A stretch of DNA of 64,000 bases, taken from Schmidtea polychroa (lineage: Eukaryota). Positions within the stretch are counted from its first letter, which is position 1. Each line of letters opens with the position of its first letter. Positions 12,108 to 26,341 of this stretch are shown piece after piece. The notes under the pieces were generated by a model, which worked only from the letters and a program-made list of their open reading frames with translations, did not search any database and was not told where the DNA came from. Both the position numbers and the translations under genes were made by a program. The stretch covers positions 156,178,001 through 156,242,000 of the forward strand of contig CM097885.1 in assembly GCA_044892525.1 (NCBI GenBank), read 5' to 3'.

Positions 12108-12455
12108 CAGTGGTTCTCAATTAATATAAAAGCGCGGAACACCATTCACATGATTTTTTTTTACGCGGAACACTGACAAAAAATACTTGCCTACAATGAG
12201 TGACCAATCACAAATTACTATAAATCTGTCGTAAACGTAAACAATGCCTTCTTATAAGCAAAGAAAATACCACGCGCGACAATAACAAGCAATAAAAACA
12301 CCTTTATATTTGTATGTTTATATATCTGTGTAACGGCTTTCTTATTGAATCATCTTATAAAAATATTAATTGAGGTTTTTGGTGATATGAATCTTAAATG
12401 CAAATTTAAAGATAAAATGTCATTTTTTTCGCGGAACACGGGTTGAGAACCACTG
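12108..12455. mobile_element. hAT-type MITE, copy 1
   Basis: TIR CAGTGGTTCTCAA...TTGAGAACCACTG; near-identical to 25042..25383; TSD not clear at this copy. Confidence 0.8.
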
Positions 12456-12638
12456 CCTTACGCAATATAACACTATCAAGCAGGTAAAAGGTTTATAAAA
12501 TTATCAATATAAATAGGATAAGGTATAGTTGTTTTAGCTTAAAATAAAATAAAGTCAATAAATGCCTGAATACAAAATATATTTAACTATATCATTTGAC
12601 ACGATATATTAAAATTTAACAAATTCATATCATTTAGT

Positions 12639-12734
12639 TTATTTGTTAAAAATCACCGCAAGGAATACAAAAACACCAGCTAAGGCGGCAAATATTATAG
12701 TGGCTTTGGAACTAAGAGAATGCATAATTGCTCT
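12639..12734 (-). CDS. BAK1: Bak-like protein exon 4 (C-terminal membrane anchor, stop)
   Basis: Acceptor ctattcag|AGA; RAIMHSLSSKATIIFAALAGVFVFLAVIFNK*; follows a 55-nt GT-AG intron. Confidence 0.8.
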   Translation of the reverse strand, partial: RAIMHSLSSKATIIFAALAGVFVFLAVIFNK

Positions 12735-12789
12735 CTGAATAGGAATATTATACGTGACAACAGCGATATGGATATACTTATTAACTTAC

Positions 12790-12988
12790 CCAGCCACCAA
12801 TACTAGCAATAAAAGTCTGCACACATCCACTGGAAAGAAATCGCACCAAATACCCAACAATTGTTTGCAATGGATTAACGTTTTCTGACAACGTATCAGC
12901 AGCCATTGACAAACTGCGGACAATCCATCGATAACCGAACATTAATAAAACAAAGATTCTTCCTAGCGTTATTCCACTTTCAAATATA
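12790..12988 (-). CDS. BAK1: Bak-like protein exon 3 (BH1 and BH2)
   Basis: ctatttcag|T ATA TTT...: (S)IFESGITLGRIFVLLMFGYRW...FIASIGGW|gtaagt, comparable to human BAK SLFESGINWGRVVALLGFGYRL...WIAQRGGW; phase matches exon 2. Confidence 0.85.
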
Positions 12989-13172
12989 CTGAAATAGAAC
13001 TCTCATGTTAGTAGCAAGACAAATACATGAAAGCGATGTAAGGTATCCCTCTCCTACACTTCAAAAAATTATCGCTTTAACCTGCCAAATTGCTTAATCC
13101 TACGTATGCCACTGTTAACATAGAACTAGTAAAGTAATATACAAATCTCTATTGAAACCAAAAATTATAAAT

Positions 13173-13308
13173 GACAAGGAATATCTTATAGTCGAAAACT
13201 TTTTCATTAAATACATTATTCGAGGCAAAAGGCTTAAATTATCACTTTATTGTTTTAAATAATAAATGCTACTACCAAGAAATCATCACTTTATATATAT
13301 ATATATAT
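13173..13308. repeat. Dispersed repeat ending in (TA)n; homologous to the right arm of the palindrome at 37690-37830
   Basis: TGACAAGGAATATCTTATAGTCGAAAA...GGCTTAAATTATCAC...AATAAATGCTACTACCAAG matches 37690-37800 with scattered mismatches. Confidence 0.7.
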
Positions 13309-13745
13309 GTGGTTTTGTCCATGATTCATTAACATCTCTACTGCTCACGTCGTAGCATACACGCAGTGAATATATCTAACTAAATGATTTAGTCATCTTA
13401 TAACAGCATTTGCATTTAATTATATTATTTTATTAAATGAAAAAGCTAAAATAATCAAACCCATCATATAGCCATAAAATCTTAAAAGAAATATTTTGTG
13501 ATTTTGAATGAATTATGCATCATTCAATAAAGAAAAATCGATTTTTAGATAATATTGAAATAAAAATATCATGGCTAAATTTTAATTTAATATTCATATA
13601 TATTTTTAATACATAGGCTCAAATTTGATAAATTCTGTTAATTATCATTTTCCCAAGTATTTAATGTTATCTGAAAATTCAACACAAATTATTCAATTTC
13701 GCAATATAGTTCTTGTTATTTTTCTTTCTGTATAAATTATATTAA

Positions 13746-13965
13746 CACTCTCAGTGCCACAGAAAAAACAGACCTTTTTAACATGTTATTGTCAGACACA
13801 TTGACTTGACAAGTTTATTTTAAAAAAAGTCTCTACCAGATAGAGTATTGTTAGTTAAATGTGTCTGACGACCACAAAAATTACATATTTACCTGTAAAA
13901 GACCTGTTTTGGTGCGAGCGGCAAAGCACTGTCAGTCAAAAATGACTGACATGGCACTGAGAGTC
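13746..13965. mobile_element. piggyBac-type MITE
   Basis: TTAA on both sides; TIR (C/G)ACTCTCAGTGCCA. Confidence 0.7.
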
Positions 13966-14070
13966 TTAAATAATATTATAAATTTCGAAATTATTGATTG
14001 TATCTCATTATTATGAATTTGTCAATAGAATCGTTTATCTTGTTCTTCACATTTCATTTCATTTATCGTC

Positions 14071-14681
14071 CTAGTGGTTTTATTCTTTTCAGTGTACTTA
14101 AAGGATTATTATAACTGATAGCTGTTTACTTCTGACCTCAAATTCAAGTCACTATCGGTTTGATAATATTGATTTTATTAATATTAATTTTATTAGTTAT
14201 GACCATAAAATTTAAAATTTACTATAATTTTTAGATAATCATTTTTTATTGATTTTTCAATTGCAATTATTTAGTGAATTATATTTCAAATACGACGAAG
14301 TTCAAGAGAAAATAGATAAAAAATGATTTTTAATTTTTCCAATAAAACACGATAAACTTAAAAAATCTAACAATTATAAAATTATCAAGTACCTCTGTTA
14401 GTTCAAAAGTATTATTTCAGTTTTAATGGCATTTTATGATAACATTTTCTTTGTAACTTTAGGTTGTGTGAAAGGTTTTTGGTTTTGTAGACTAACATAA
14501 ACATTAGACAGCAATATAATAATTAGTTATACAGTACATAGTTATTTTTGCTTACATCAGAATTAATTTTGAGACATTATTTTAAGTTCAAAACTGATGG
14601 TGATTTGAATTTGAGGTCAGATGTAATCAGCTATCAGTTTTAATAATCCTTTAAGTACACTGAAAAGAATAAAACCACTAG
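14071..14681. mobile_element. Foldback-type MITE with ~90-bp terminal inverted repeats
   Basis: CTAGTGGTTTTATTCTTTTCAGTGTACTTAAAGGATTATT... at 14071 is inverted at ~14590-14681. Confidence 0.75.
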
Positions 14682-15925
14682 AACTAGAAAACCTTTAGAA
14701 GGACTAGGAACATCAGAAAATACCACAGGAAATTATATATGCCTTAGATAACGTCCACAAGACGCTTGAACGGTTTCTCATGAACTTTACAGTTGAATAA
14801 ATGCTTTAATCAATATTACATTTCAATCAAAAAAATATATAAAATACAACAATCATTAATAAACTTGTGACAATTTATGAAGCGTGGAAATGTAACCAAC
14901 TATTTTATAACGCCAGTCATTAATATTAAATCGAAATTAAAAACCCACCGAGATAATTAAATGAGAAAATACATAGTACAATTCATATTTCTGAAATATA
15001 GACTCAAAATAATGTTTCAGCATAGAATAAAAACGATTTTGTGAGAATAAGAAATAAAATCATATACAAGTTTCGGAAAATAAAAACGGATTGGTGAAGA
15101 TAAGAAAAGAATTGTTATTCAATAGGGGACCTTGAAATAGTTCAAATTATTTTGTCGTTCCGTTAATGTTTTAGTTATTAAGTCTCGTAAAGTTAATATA
15201 GAAAGCGAATCAAAAGAATACTATTTTCTAACTCGAAACCGTAGATTGAAACAAGATTTGTTTAATATAAAGAAGAAACTAGGAACTACTTTATTACACA
15301 GAAATACCGAATTCTCATACGAAAATGAATTGTTATTCACTGAAATTAATATGAGATGGACGACAAGATTTATGCTATTTGATAAAGTATATGATGAATA
15401 TTGATTTTATTAATATATAAATAGTGACGATGGAATTTTGATTTTTAAATCATTATGCTGTTTGATATTAGTAATAATGTGATTTCACTAAATCTGAAAG
15501 TATGTCAGCTACTGAATTAAATGCCGTGTTTCATCAATGAATTGTTTGCCAGTTAGTAGTGAACGCAATGGCAAGAAAGGTAATAAGTATTGAAAATTAC
15601 TATTATTATTCCACCACTATACTACAAAACTGATAGTATAATAATTATCACTATTACGCCAATTGACTGATAGATAAACAAATTGAAACTTCAACTGTGA
15701 AATTTTGATTTTCATAATTACTGAGTTATTCTATGGAAATCATAATAAAATTTTTTAAATAAATTATGAAATTTAATTGATAAATCCAACTAGCTTAATG
15801 AGATTTATCTAACAATATTTGCAAAGAAAAGAAGTTAGGCTACTGTGCTGAGCCATTTCTTCGTTATTATTCCCTTTTTACATGAAAATTTGTGTGGCAG
15901 AGAATATTGATTACCAGGATTATCA

Positions 15926-16750
15926 CAATTAGATGAAATTGGCAAAGAAAGTAATTGTATATGGTTCGCACGCAATGAACAGACACGAAGTGGGCTATTG
16001 TAGCACTAGGAAAGAATTTTTAGACACAATTTATTTTACCGAACATTTCAAACATTATTTATATGGTAAAAGGTTTAAACTAAGAACAGACTATAAGGCA
16101 ATAACGTTCATGTTGAAGACTAAAAAGCCAATAACATCTCAATTTGAAACATGGATTAACCAATTAGGTGGTCTGAACATTGAAATGGTATACCGTAAAG
16201 GAAAAATGCATTCTAATGCATATGCATTATCAAGAACTGAATGCGAAACGTGTTTACAATGTAAAACGAATCACGAAGAACTACAAACAAGAAAACTAAA
16301 AACAAAGATTCAAAAAAAATGATTTTGAAATTGAACGTCAATTTAGAACTGTTATAGATGCCATCCAAATTTCCTTAAAAGAAACAACGGGCAAAGACTT
16401 GGTTGAAATACTTCCTGAAGTTGAATTTATGTTGAATGCGAATTTTCAAAAAACAACTCAGCTGAGTTCTGCACAAATTGTTCTTGTGAAAAAAGTTGCC
16501 AGAGAACGATATAAAAATGACAAACCATGTGAACTACAATTATTAATGGAAAAGCGAAAATCAGGAAAATTAAAGTTACTAAAACAAATGCATGAAAATA
16601 TGAAAGATGAATCATATTTCAATGAAGTAAGACCAAGTCGAATTTTCAATGTTGAGGATGTTCTTTTTGGTAAATAAAAATAATGTGGCAAATAAAAATA
16701 AAGACAGATTTGTGGGTCCAAGGAAAATAATGAAAGAGTTGTATGACAGA
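15926..16750 (+). mobile_element. Gypsy pol fragment (RNase H end plus integrase end, internally deleted); inverted relative of the element at 27222-30000
   Basis: HFKHYLYGKRFKLRTDYKAI...YRKGKMHSNAYALSR; nucleotide-level homology to the reverse complement of 27570-28378 and 29346-29490. Confidence 0.85.
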
Positions 16751-19700
16751 ATTACTAGGATTGATTTATATAGATTTTATTCGAAACTTTGATAAATTTT
16801 GTAGTGTTTTAAACTAAATTCTTTGTTACAAAAGAAAGGAAAAGACTTACTAAAAGCCTAACAATGTCGCTAACGAGAAATTGAAATTTCTTAAAATTTT
16901 GTGTCTTAAAATCTATTGAAAATAAGTATAAGATTCCACCTTAGTAAAACTAATGAATCTCATAATGATCTTATGGCAAACCCAAATTTCTAATAAACGA
17001 GAGCAGGGGTATAAAGAGACACATTCTGGATATTATCAGCAAAACAAATAAAAAATGGGGTATAGGCTACATCTCAAAGGGGTCAATTTTCTATATATTC
17101 TAAGGACCGATTGCATTATCAATGCCTTTTTTGACTATCCATAATATTTTTTTTAGAATGGAAATGTTAATCTTATAATTTACATGACCGGGGTCGACAA
17201 ATGTAAATATTTTTTAATAGTTTCTAAGCGTATAATAATTTTAAGAAATTAGGGAATCATGATATAAAATAAAAATTTGCAGCCATATATGTAAAAAAAA
17301 TGGCCATATCATTAATTGGATAGAACTATATAAAGTAATACCATCATTATGGGTTATAAATGAAATTCAGTGTAATGTTAGTTTCAAATTTAAAAAAATC
17401 CTCTATGACTAAGATAACATGAAATTAAATAACTTTAGAAAAGTTTTAACTTACGAAGCTTTCATTTATCGTTACATCTTTTCACTGTTCATACAATTAT
17501 TTTTTTATTATTCAAATAAAGATAATAATCAAACAAAATGAATTAACGAGCATAACATTAGCATGGCAGTGAGTTTTACAATTACAGGAAAGTAAAAATG
17601 CATGATAATTTAAATTACATTTCAGTAGCATAATAAAGAAAATCTATATACCTTATCTAATATGTCGTATCTAATCTGATAAAACAATAAATAACAATAT
17701 ATAATCAAATAGATTACTTTTAACATTGACAAAAAACATTCGACTTAAAATATATTTATATTTTGCCGATGAAATCCCTACCATTCTAGTACAGCCTTGG
17801 GCAAACTATTAGGGAAGGGAGACACTAAAAATTTTAAATTGGATTGCAGGACCGCCAAAAAATAAATATTTGATAATATAGATTATATCATTTGATTTTC
17901 TTTGAAGTTGTAACGCCCTATATTTATAAAATTTATTTTTATTTATAAAAAATAGCATTACTAGGTGAATGAATTCAATGATATGAGCTCTGGTTGGTGT
18001 TAAAATGGTACCTTACATCGTTTACATTGATTTGTTATTATAATAATAAGTTCGCAATAATGATTTATTGGTACAGTCAACCTTCGTTTATCGATAGCCT
18101 ACGAAACAACCAACGAATAATTTTAAACAGTTTCGGATAAACAATGGATTTAAAAAAAGTTTTAACTATCAGTAAAATCTTTTTTCATTTACCCTTTGTC
18201 TGTTTAGATTTTTGCTTTATTTTCATTATGACTATAGATCAAAATTTAATTAATGCAGCTTGAATGTTGATGGAGAGTAAGTCTTCATAAGAGATTCTTA
18301 AACCAATTTTGTAACATTTGGCATTTTGTTTATTCTATAGATAACGCCATCTAATGTTATTTTTCCTAATGTTCGTGGAAATTAATAATTTTATTTTTGA
18401 TATGTTCATTAAATATTGCGCGGAGGGTTTTGTGAGTCTCGCCTGTGTAAGTTGAGTCACGTCTTAAACAAGTCAATTTACAAATAAGATTTTCTGAAAA
18501 ACAAAACGGAAAATATCTTTCATTATGTTCTGCATTGTTGTGCAACTCTTTCTTTTGGCGATTATTTTTTCATATTCGTTAAACCTTAAACACTGATAAG
18601 AACCAAATGACGCGTCCTCAGTAAACAATTCTCAGTGAATTGAACCATCTGATGTTCCAACTCTATTTTGTTCCTTCTTTCTGCGATGCCATTTGTCTTT
18701 AATTTCCACTCGCCTCTATTTTCTCTGATAACCTATCCGATATTAATAACTGCCAAAATTCCCGCTCATGTGAGTGGTTGCTGGTGATATATAATCCTGC
18801 GTTAAAGGATAAAGTAAAGCAAGCAGTTTTCTTTTTAAATCTTTCAATGAACTTTTAACAAAGAAGCCGCTCTAAAATCTTCAGTTAGTTTTACACTTAA
18901 AATTAATAGGATTACTCTTTAATTATTTCACTCAGTTAAGTAGTTTCTATCATTATTCTTCAAACACTTAAAATATACTTAGAAAGTGATTGGGCTAAGT
19001 TATTTTGTGCTCTGGAGTCTAAACTACGCTATTGATGGAATTCATTCAAATTAATTGAAGAATTGTTTTTGAAAATACAATGAAAATAAAAAACAATACC
19101 ATGCTTACTGTAACCTGGATTGTGTACTCCATTTTAGTTTGCACACTAGTTCATTTATGAAGTACTGCTAGTCCTTTAAAGAAAAAATTAAAAAGACAGA
19201 AAAGAGAAATAACATTTATTTTTATAAAGTCGGAATATCCCAGTGACGTGCCAAAGAAGAAAAAGCGTGATTAAACTCTCTACAGTACGAAGGTAACAGA
19301 ATTCATAGGAATAGGAAAATAAAATTATCTTATATTATCCTGACCGACAAATTTCTCTTTCCGTAACAATAGACCAAAAATGACACTCATGGATAAAATC
19401 TCTATTGACTAATTTTATCTGTACTTTTTAAAACTTTATTAATAATATCGCCAATTGCATAAGTATTTACAGCGTTTTCAATGTTATCAAAATATAGATT
19501 ATATTGTTATATATCATCTGAAAACGTGCATTCCTTTTCACAAATTTATTTCTTCGCAAATTATAAAAATACAAATCTATTTTAAAAATCTTTTTTTTGA
19601 TAATTCGAATTATAGAGAAATGTAAAAATTAACAAAAAAATGTATCATTTTTAAGATTATCAAAAGTCCGCGTTATTATTAAATTTTTGAAATTAGTTTC

Positions 19701-20177
19701 ATGAAAAATAAAGACTAATAGGATTTATTTAAATTTTACTCAAGACTAGCGAGCCTAAAATGAATCAGCATGAACGGATAATGAAAAATACTTGTAAGTT
19801 TGTGTAGGCGAAATAACTTAATCGAAATAGTGAAATCAAAATAAATCAACAAAAATTCATTAGTCATTCGGCAAAAGTACATAAACAAACTTAATGTTAA
19901 AATTCTAATACAATTAAAATTATATTTATAAATTATGCAAATATTGATTGTATAAATGTCTGGATGTAGCCACTTTTTATTTTCAGCTTTGATTGAAAAT
20001 AAGTCTTTATTATATAGATTTAGATCAATTTTAACCATCTAAGAAAAACTTTGCTTTATTAAATTTTAACTTATTTTAATAATGGTGACCGTTCCTGAAT
20101 GGAATAAAAAACAGCGTAAATGTTGGAAAAGTTAATTTGAATCGATTTTAATTTTGACAGGTTTTTTTAAGTATTAA

Positions 20178-20383
20178 CCCATTAGCACTCATGGTAGTCA
20201 AATGACTATTGTTTATATTTTTTATATCCATAATACCCACGGTCGTCATTTGACTACCACCGATATTATCAAGTTTATCTCTACAGGTAGGTAAACAACA
20301 TTTTGGTAATTTTTACTTCGTCTTGACGACCAATTAAATTTATTTCTGCAAAAAAAATTTTTTTAAATCTGGGCCTTAATGGG
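20178..20383. mobile_element. piggyBac-type MITE
   Basis: TTAA|CCCATTA...TAATGGG|TTAA; internal inverted motif GGTAGTCAAATGAC / GTCATTTGACTACC. Confidence 0.65.
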
Positions 20384-23300
20384 TTAATATAATATGAATA
20401 TTTATGAATTGGATTTTAAATGTTTTTAAATAATTTCTTGTATATATTGATTATTTTTTGTTAAATTAATTAATTAATGAAAAATTTTTAAATTATTAAA
20501 TTAAATTAAAGTTTTATAAAAAAAAACTTTTTAAAAATAATATATAATTTGAATTATGATTTTTAAAAAATGAAATGTTTTTATTAAATAATAAAAATTT
20601 TTTATATAATGAATAAATTTGTTTAAAATCCTTAATTTATATAGTTATTATATCCCACCTGATGATGACAGGAAAACTCTAAATATATCGTGAAAAGAAT
20701 GCTTGATTGGCGTTTTCTTATAATTAAATGATTGCCATGTATGTTTAACTAATTGTATTTAGGTTGAATTTTTGTAAAATTCTTGGTTTTTAAAATTGTA
20801 AGAAATGTGTAAAAAACATTAAAAATTATAGTTGATTGGGTTTTCCTTTCAATGACATTGATATATAATAGTTTTAACTTTTCATTTGATTATTAAATTA
20901 GGAATTAACACTTATTTTTATAGGTCACACGAAAAATCTTATATTAGTTAATTTTTTGATCGCTTCACATGATTTTGTCACGGGGGATGTTAAAAAAAGT
21001 AACTTTGAATTTGTGCCAAGAACTTATCATTGAAATAATGGATATGAAATCAATATAAAAAATCAATCGTTATGTAGTTGACAGGTGAAAAAATTTCTGT
21101 TAATTATTTTGATTTTTAATTCATACTGGTATATTTTGCTTGTCAATTGCTGCATTTCTAGAAACACTTATTGTAATCCCGGATATTCTGGAGTTCAAAG
21201 ATGTATTGTGGCTTTAAGTGCAATTTGAATTTACATGTCATTGCCCAGTATTTGAGTAAAGAATATTGTTTAGTTTAATTAGTGCCAGAAATATTTTAGT
21301 TAAAATTATTTTTATTTGTTTTAATTTTCTAAAATTGTTTTGATCACCGTAATGAAAGTCAAAAATTGAAATCAGAAATTCCTAACAAATAATGTAATCA
21401 AATCGAGAAATTATTTATTTATAATTGATTATTTCCTGTAGAAATTTCTTAATGGTAAAGTAATTATTTAACTAGGAATTGAAAAACCAAATGGACACAA
21501 TTCGATAATATTTAAACATTTAGACAAATATTAGAAATAATTTATTAGATATAGGAAAGTGGAAAAATGGAATGAGTTTAAAGAAAGCGGCATCTAATGA
21601 CGCAAATCGTGATTGTAAAAGAAAAATGTATTATTTAAGTTAAATCAAAACGAAACCGCTTTGAAAAAATGTATTGATGAAATAAAAAGAAAAGAAAGTT
21701 TGATCAAGACTTAAAAGAGCAATTAATCTGTGATTGGAACAAACTGCTAGTCGTCTTATCAATGATATTATTTAATGGTTACATTTCTCCTGAGTGGTTT
21801 AATAAACAGAGTAAAATAAATAATTATTGCAGCATTGAAAAATTAATTGGAAAACAAGGTTGTATTTGTGTTAAATCGATAAAATTTAAATAATTTAAAA
21901 TTACTTGCTGTTGTTAATTAAAGAACGCTTTAGTGGTCAATTTATTATTTAGGCGACTTTTCATAGTAATCTTAACCATTTTAATAAAAGTTTGTTTCTA
22001 AATATTTATTTAAACTACATATCAACGAAATGACATATATTTATACGTCATTCTGGTGATGTTTGGTTGTAATGTTGTCAGTATGCAAAGTTTCAAATCA
22101 ATCGAAATTGGGTCAGAATTTGATCATAAAATTTAATCCCAACCAACAAATGAATGAATGTAATTAAAAATTGGTGAAATGAACTGTCTATTGATCAGTT
22201 CAATCTTTGAAATTTAAAAATATTCTGCTTCTATTGCATTGGTTTTGAATTAAAGTAAAAATATTTTGTTGTCTTGAATTTCTAAAGTTTTTAAATATAG
22301 TAAGAACTTCAGGTCAACAAGAAAGAACATCTGATGAAATCTTACCGTATTAGTGTGATTCATAATTTTTCGGTTAAATTATGATCTTTACTGTAAAACG
22401 AAAGTATATAAGCATTCAAAGGCATTTAAGTGATATGACTATTTAATATTGATATGCATCTTCAATTTCTAAGAAATCATTTGATAATGTATATGATTAT
22501 AACAAAGATAATGAGATTCAATGTCGAAGAATTATAAGTTGGTTGATCTGTTGCAACTGGCGTGAAGTTAATCAAAAATAAAGCTGAAATTGATATTAAT
22601 TGGTTTACATCATTCAACAAGTCTGAAGTGCTATGGTGTGGTGTAGTAGTCTCATCCACATTTTATACTTCTACTAATATCTAAATAATCGATAATGATA
22701 AATTTTCTCAGGAAGTTCAGTCGACCTAAAAAAGAAATGATTTTGATCGTTAACTTATTTTATTTTTTATCGCCATCAAATAATGGGCATAAAAGGGGGA
22801 AATATTGTGTGATATGATTCGCGATATTGAAAAACTAAAATAAAATTGAAAGACAAAATAAGCAGTACAATGAGATCCTAAACAACTTTTTTACAAGCTA
22901 CTGTATCTCCTATTAGAAATGAATCAATAATCGAACAATCGATTAAATTAATACAATTTCGTCCAATCAATATGAACCAATTTGGCCAATAACAATAGTC
23001 TTTTGCGCCACTGAATATTGCATTATTATTCTCTTTATTTTTTATGTGCACATGATGCATTTGGTATTATATTATGTTAGGTTGTATTCTATATATATAT
23101 ATATATATTGCATATGCCGTTATAATTAAATTTTGTGCATGCTTTAAAATACAGATTCCTTACTTATTTCACTAGTATTCGCAAGTAGGTAATCATTATC
23201 GATAATTACCGAAATTAAAAATTTAATTTTATTACAGAAACCGAAAATATTTATATAAATTTAATTTCATATCTATCATAAATTTGTTATAATTTATAGC

Positions 23301-23690
23301 ATGGGAGGCCAACCTGTGGCTCGCGAGCCGCATGCGGCTCCTGATATGAAATTCCATTATACTTGATTCACTTTATATTTTTCCATTATATTTAAAAATT
23401 ATTGTCGTTGAGTATGTGTCTCAAAATGTCTCTTAAATTACTCATCACAAATATAAGGAATAAATCCAACGTTGTAACAAATTTTATTTTTGTCCAAGAT
23501 AAAAAAGATATGACTCATCAAAACAATTTGTATCAAATTTGCTACGAATATAATTTTAATCTGTAATCTTTTGTAAGTTAATTAAATTTTTATATTATTT
23601 TTTTGCAAATCTTTTGAATACGAATTTCTTTGCGGCTCGCGAAACATTTTGAATTTCGAAAAATGGCTCCAAATCAAATCTATTTGTCCA
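23301..23690. mobile_element. Decayed hAT (Charlie/SPIN-type) MITE
   Basis: GGCCAACCTGTGGCTCGCGAGCCGCATGCGGCTC subterminal motif and GCGGCTCGCG near the other end; termini eroded. Confidence 0.5.
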
Positions 23691-23979
23691 AAAAATCAAA
23701 GATATTTTTAACGTAGATCGATTATTGTTGTTGAACAATTGAACTATCTTAAAATACGGAAGAGCAAAGAATATGCGATACGGATTTAAATAGTTCCTGA
23801 TAACAATATGATGAGCTTAAACAATTGGCTGAAGATACTTGCAGGTAATTATATGAAATGTGTAACGAACTGATCTGAAACTTAGAATGCTTTTTCTAGA
23901 TGACAATGCAATGTATCAAAGTTATATCAACGAAATAATAAGAAAAGTTTGTAAAAAGAGTGAGCATTTACAGGAAATT

Positions 23980-24162
23980 CAATTATATAATGATGTGAAA
24001 CTTTTAAAGGTTACTGGAGAACGATCCCAGAGATTAGAAAAGCTTTATCGAGTTTTATTAACAATCAAAACTTCAAGTGTGAAATCAGAAAGAGCTTTTG
24101 TCGTTACACAGCTTAAATCAGGACTTTCTCATAAAACATTAAAATCGTTTATAAATGAATAA
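23980..24162 (+). pseudogene. hAT transposase C-terminal dimerization-domain remnant
   Basis: LEKLYRVLLTIKTSSVKSERAF resembles the hAT LL(T/S)IPPTSVESERAFS motif. Confidence 0.55.
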
Positions 24163-25041
24163 ATATTTTTGATAAAGAGTTCTGCAATTATCTCAATAAT
24201 ATTTATTTTTAGAAAAACGATTAATATTTTTGTTTTTTATTATAGAGATACTTAAACTATTCATAAATTGGATCATAAGCTATATACATTTTTATACAAT
24301 TGAGTAGTGAACAATTAGTAAAAGCCTTCACCAATTGGGAAATGTGTAACTCTATTAAGCTGACAGATGTATATTTATACGAACAGGGCTACATAGAATT
24401 GCTTCATTTATATTACTTATTTATAAACTTAAGAATAAGCTTGTAAAAATCTTTTAAAATGTGAAATATAGCCAAAAAATAAGTACAAATTATAGATTGT
24501 TAAATTACCGGTAATGTCATTTTTTATTCGATAATTATCGGTAGTATTTTTCCGAAAATGTAAAATATGACATGTTTGCGCATTTTTGGAGCCTTGTTCT
24601 GCAAATAAAGTATTTTTTTAGTAATAATTTGTCTTTTTCACATGAATTTAATGTTCCGTGATTCCAATTAACAGGCCTATTTTAATACAGCTCACTCAAA
24701 ATGAACTTTCTACTACTTACTGCAATGTTTTCTAATGAAGATGCGGTTTTCGATATCTACAAACAGTGATACATCGTCAGACACAGTTTGCTGGCAGTGA
24801 TAACGTGATTTTAACAAAGAATCAATAAGGTCACGCACTATGATACATTATGGTCAACGGATATCCTACAACAATGTCACCATAAAACTGGGTTAGAATG
24901 TGAAACGTATGTGACGGAGTGCCAAAACGAGAAACAAGAGGCCAACTGGAATATAATTGATTCGTATGTGTATGAGTACATGTAGCGGGCTAGAGTAAAA
25001 CAATGATGACCCATTTGAAAAGGTCATTCGAGACATTATAG

Positions 25042-25383
25042 CAGTGGTTCTCAATTAATATAAAAGTGCGGAACACCATTTACATGATTTTTTTACGCGG
25101 AACACTGACAAAAAATACTTGCCTACAATGAGTGAACAATCACAAATTACTATAAATCTGTTGTAAACGTAAACAATGCCTTCTTATAAGCAAGGAAAAT
25201 ACCACGCGCAACAATAACAAGCAATAAAAACTCTTATATTTGTATGTTTGTTTGTGTATCTGTGCTTTCTTATTGAATCATATTATAAATAAAATATTTG
25301 AGGTTTTTGGTGATATGAATCTTAAATGCAAATTTAAAGATAAAATGCCATTTTTTTCGCGGAACACGGGTTGAGAACCACTG
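25042..25383. mobile_element. hAT-type MITE, copy 2
   Basis: TIR CAGTGGTTCTCAA; perfect 8-bp TSD CATTATAG (25034-25041, 25384-25391). Confidence 0.9.
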
Positions 25384-26341
25384 CATTATAGAATATTAGG
25401 TAAATTACAAATTATATTTGACTATTTTAAATATTGTCCTTTCATTGTCTTTTTAATATATACTTTGATTTGAATATATTTTCTTTATGTTTTGTCAAGG
25501 AAAGGTTTAACCCAAATGCCAGAATCCCATCCGAAGTATTGGATTTCAAACCGCTGATGATTTAAGAAATTTAAAAACAGAGAACTTTAATGAAAGGTGT
25601 AGCGGCGAAACTCTTCTCAATTATGTTTTCATTTTTTTCAGAAATTTAAGAAAAACTATCATTGTTACCATCATATGTATTATTAACATCAACATTTTCT
25701 CCATTATTATTATATTTTAAAAAGGAAAATCTTAGGCTTTCATACATTAAAATGACACTTATGCCTAGAATTTATTTGAGAATTTATTAAAGTCGGATTA
25801 ATTATTTAAAATTTTTTTTAATTTTAAGATTTAATAAATCAAATAATAAAAAATTTAATTAAAAAAATAAATAAATCTTTTAAATTTAATCAATCCATTT
25901 TTAATAAAAAAATTGGTGATTTTTTATTTTGGTGTCAAAAACATCATGAATTAAAATTTTAATACATAATCTAATGACTCAAATTGATAGATGATTCACG
26001 CACAAATCGCGTGACTGATAAATAATAAGTAGAATACTCACTAATAAGTACAAAATATCAATCAAATTAATAGGTATTTTATATACTGTTTAACGCAAAT
26101 TGCGTTAAACATTTTAAATTGAACATCAAGGATAGAAAAATGAAGCTCAAAATCTAGATGTTCTTCATTTTCTCACTACGGTAAATGAAATTGGCAAAAA
26201 AAGAAAACTTTAAGTGAACCATATTAAATTGATCTCCTTAAGATTTATAAATAATTTATCAAAATTGTTAATAAAAATTGTGTTTTTTCGTTGATAATTA
26301 TTCTTAACAAAAAACGTAAATTTTAAATTTACAATATTTAC

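Noticed and set aside
19736-23060. Short ORFs 19736..20038, 22477..22659 and 22878..23060
   Set aside because: Composition typical of random AT-rich DNA; no recognisable domains or consistent splice structure.
24290-24365. NW*RLLL as a candidate BH1 exon of Bak
   Set aside because: Stops in that frame immediately after the acceptor; a far better exon exists at 12988.
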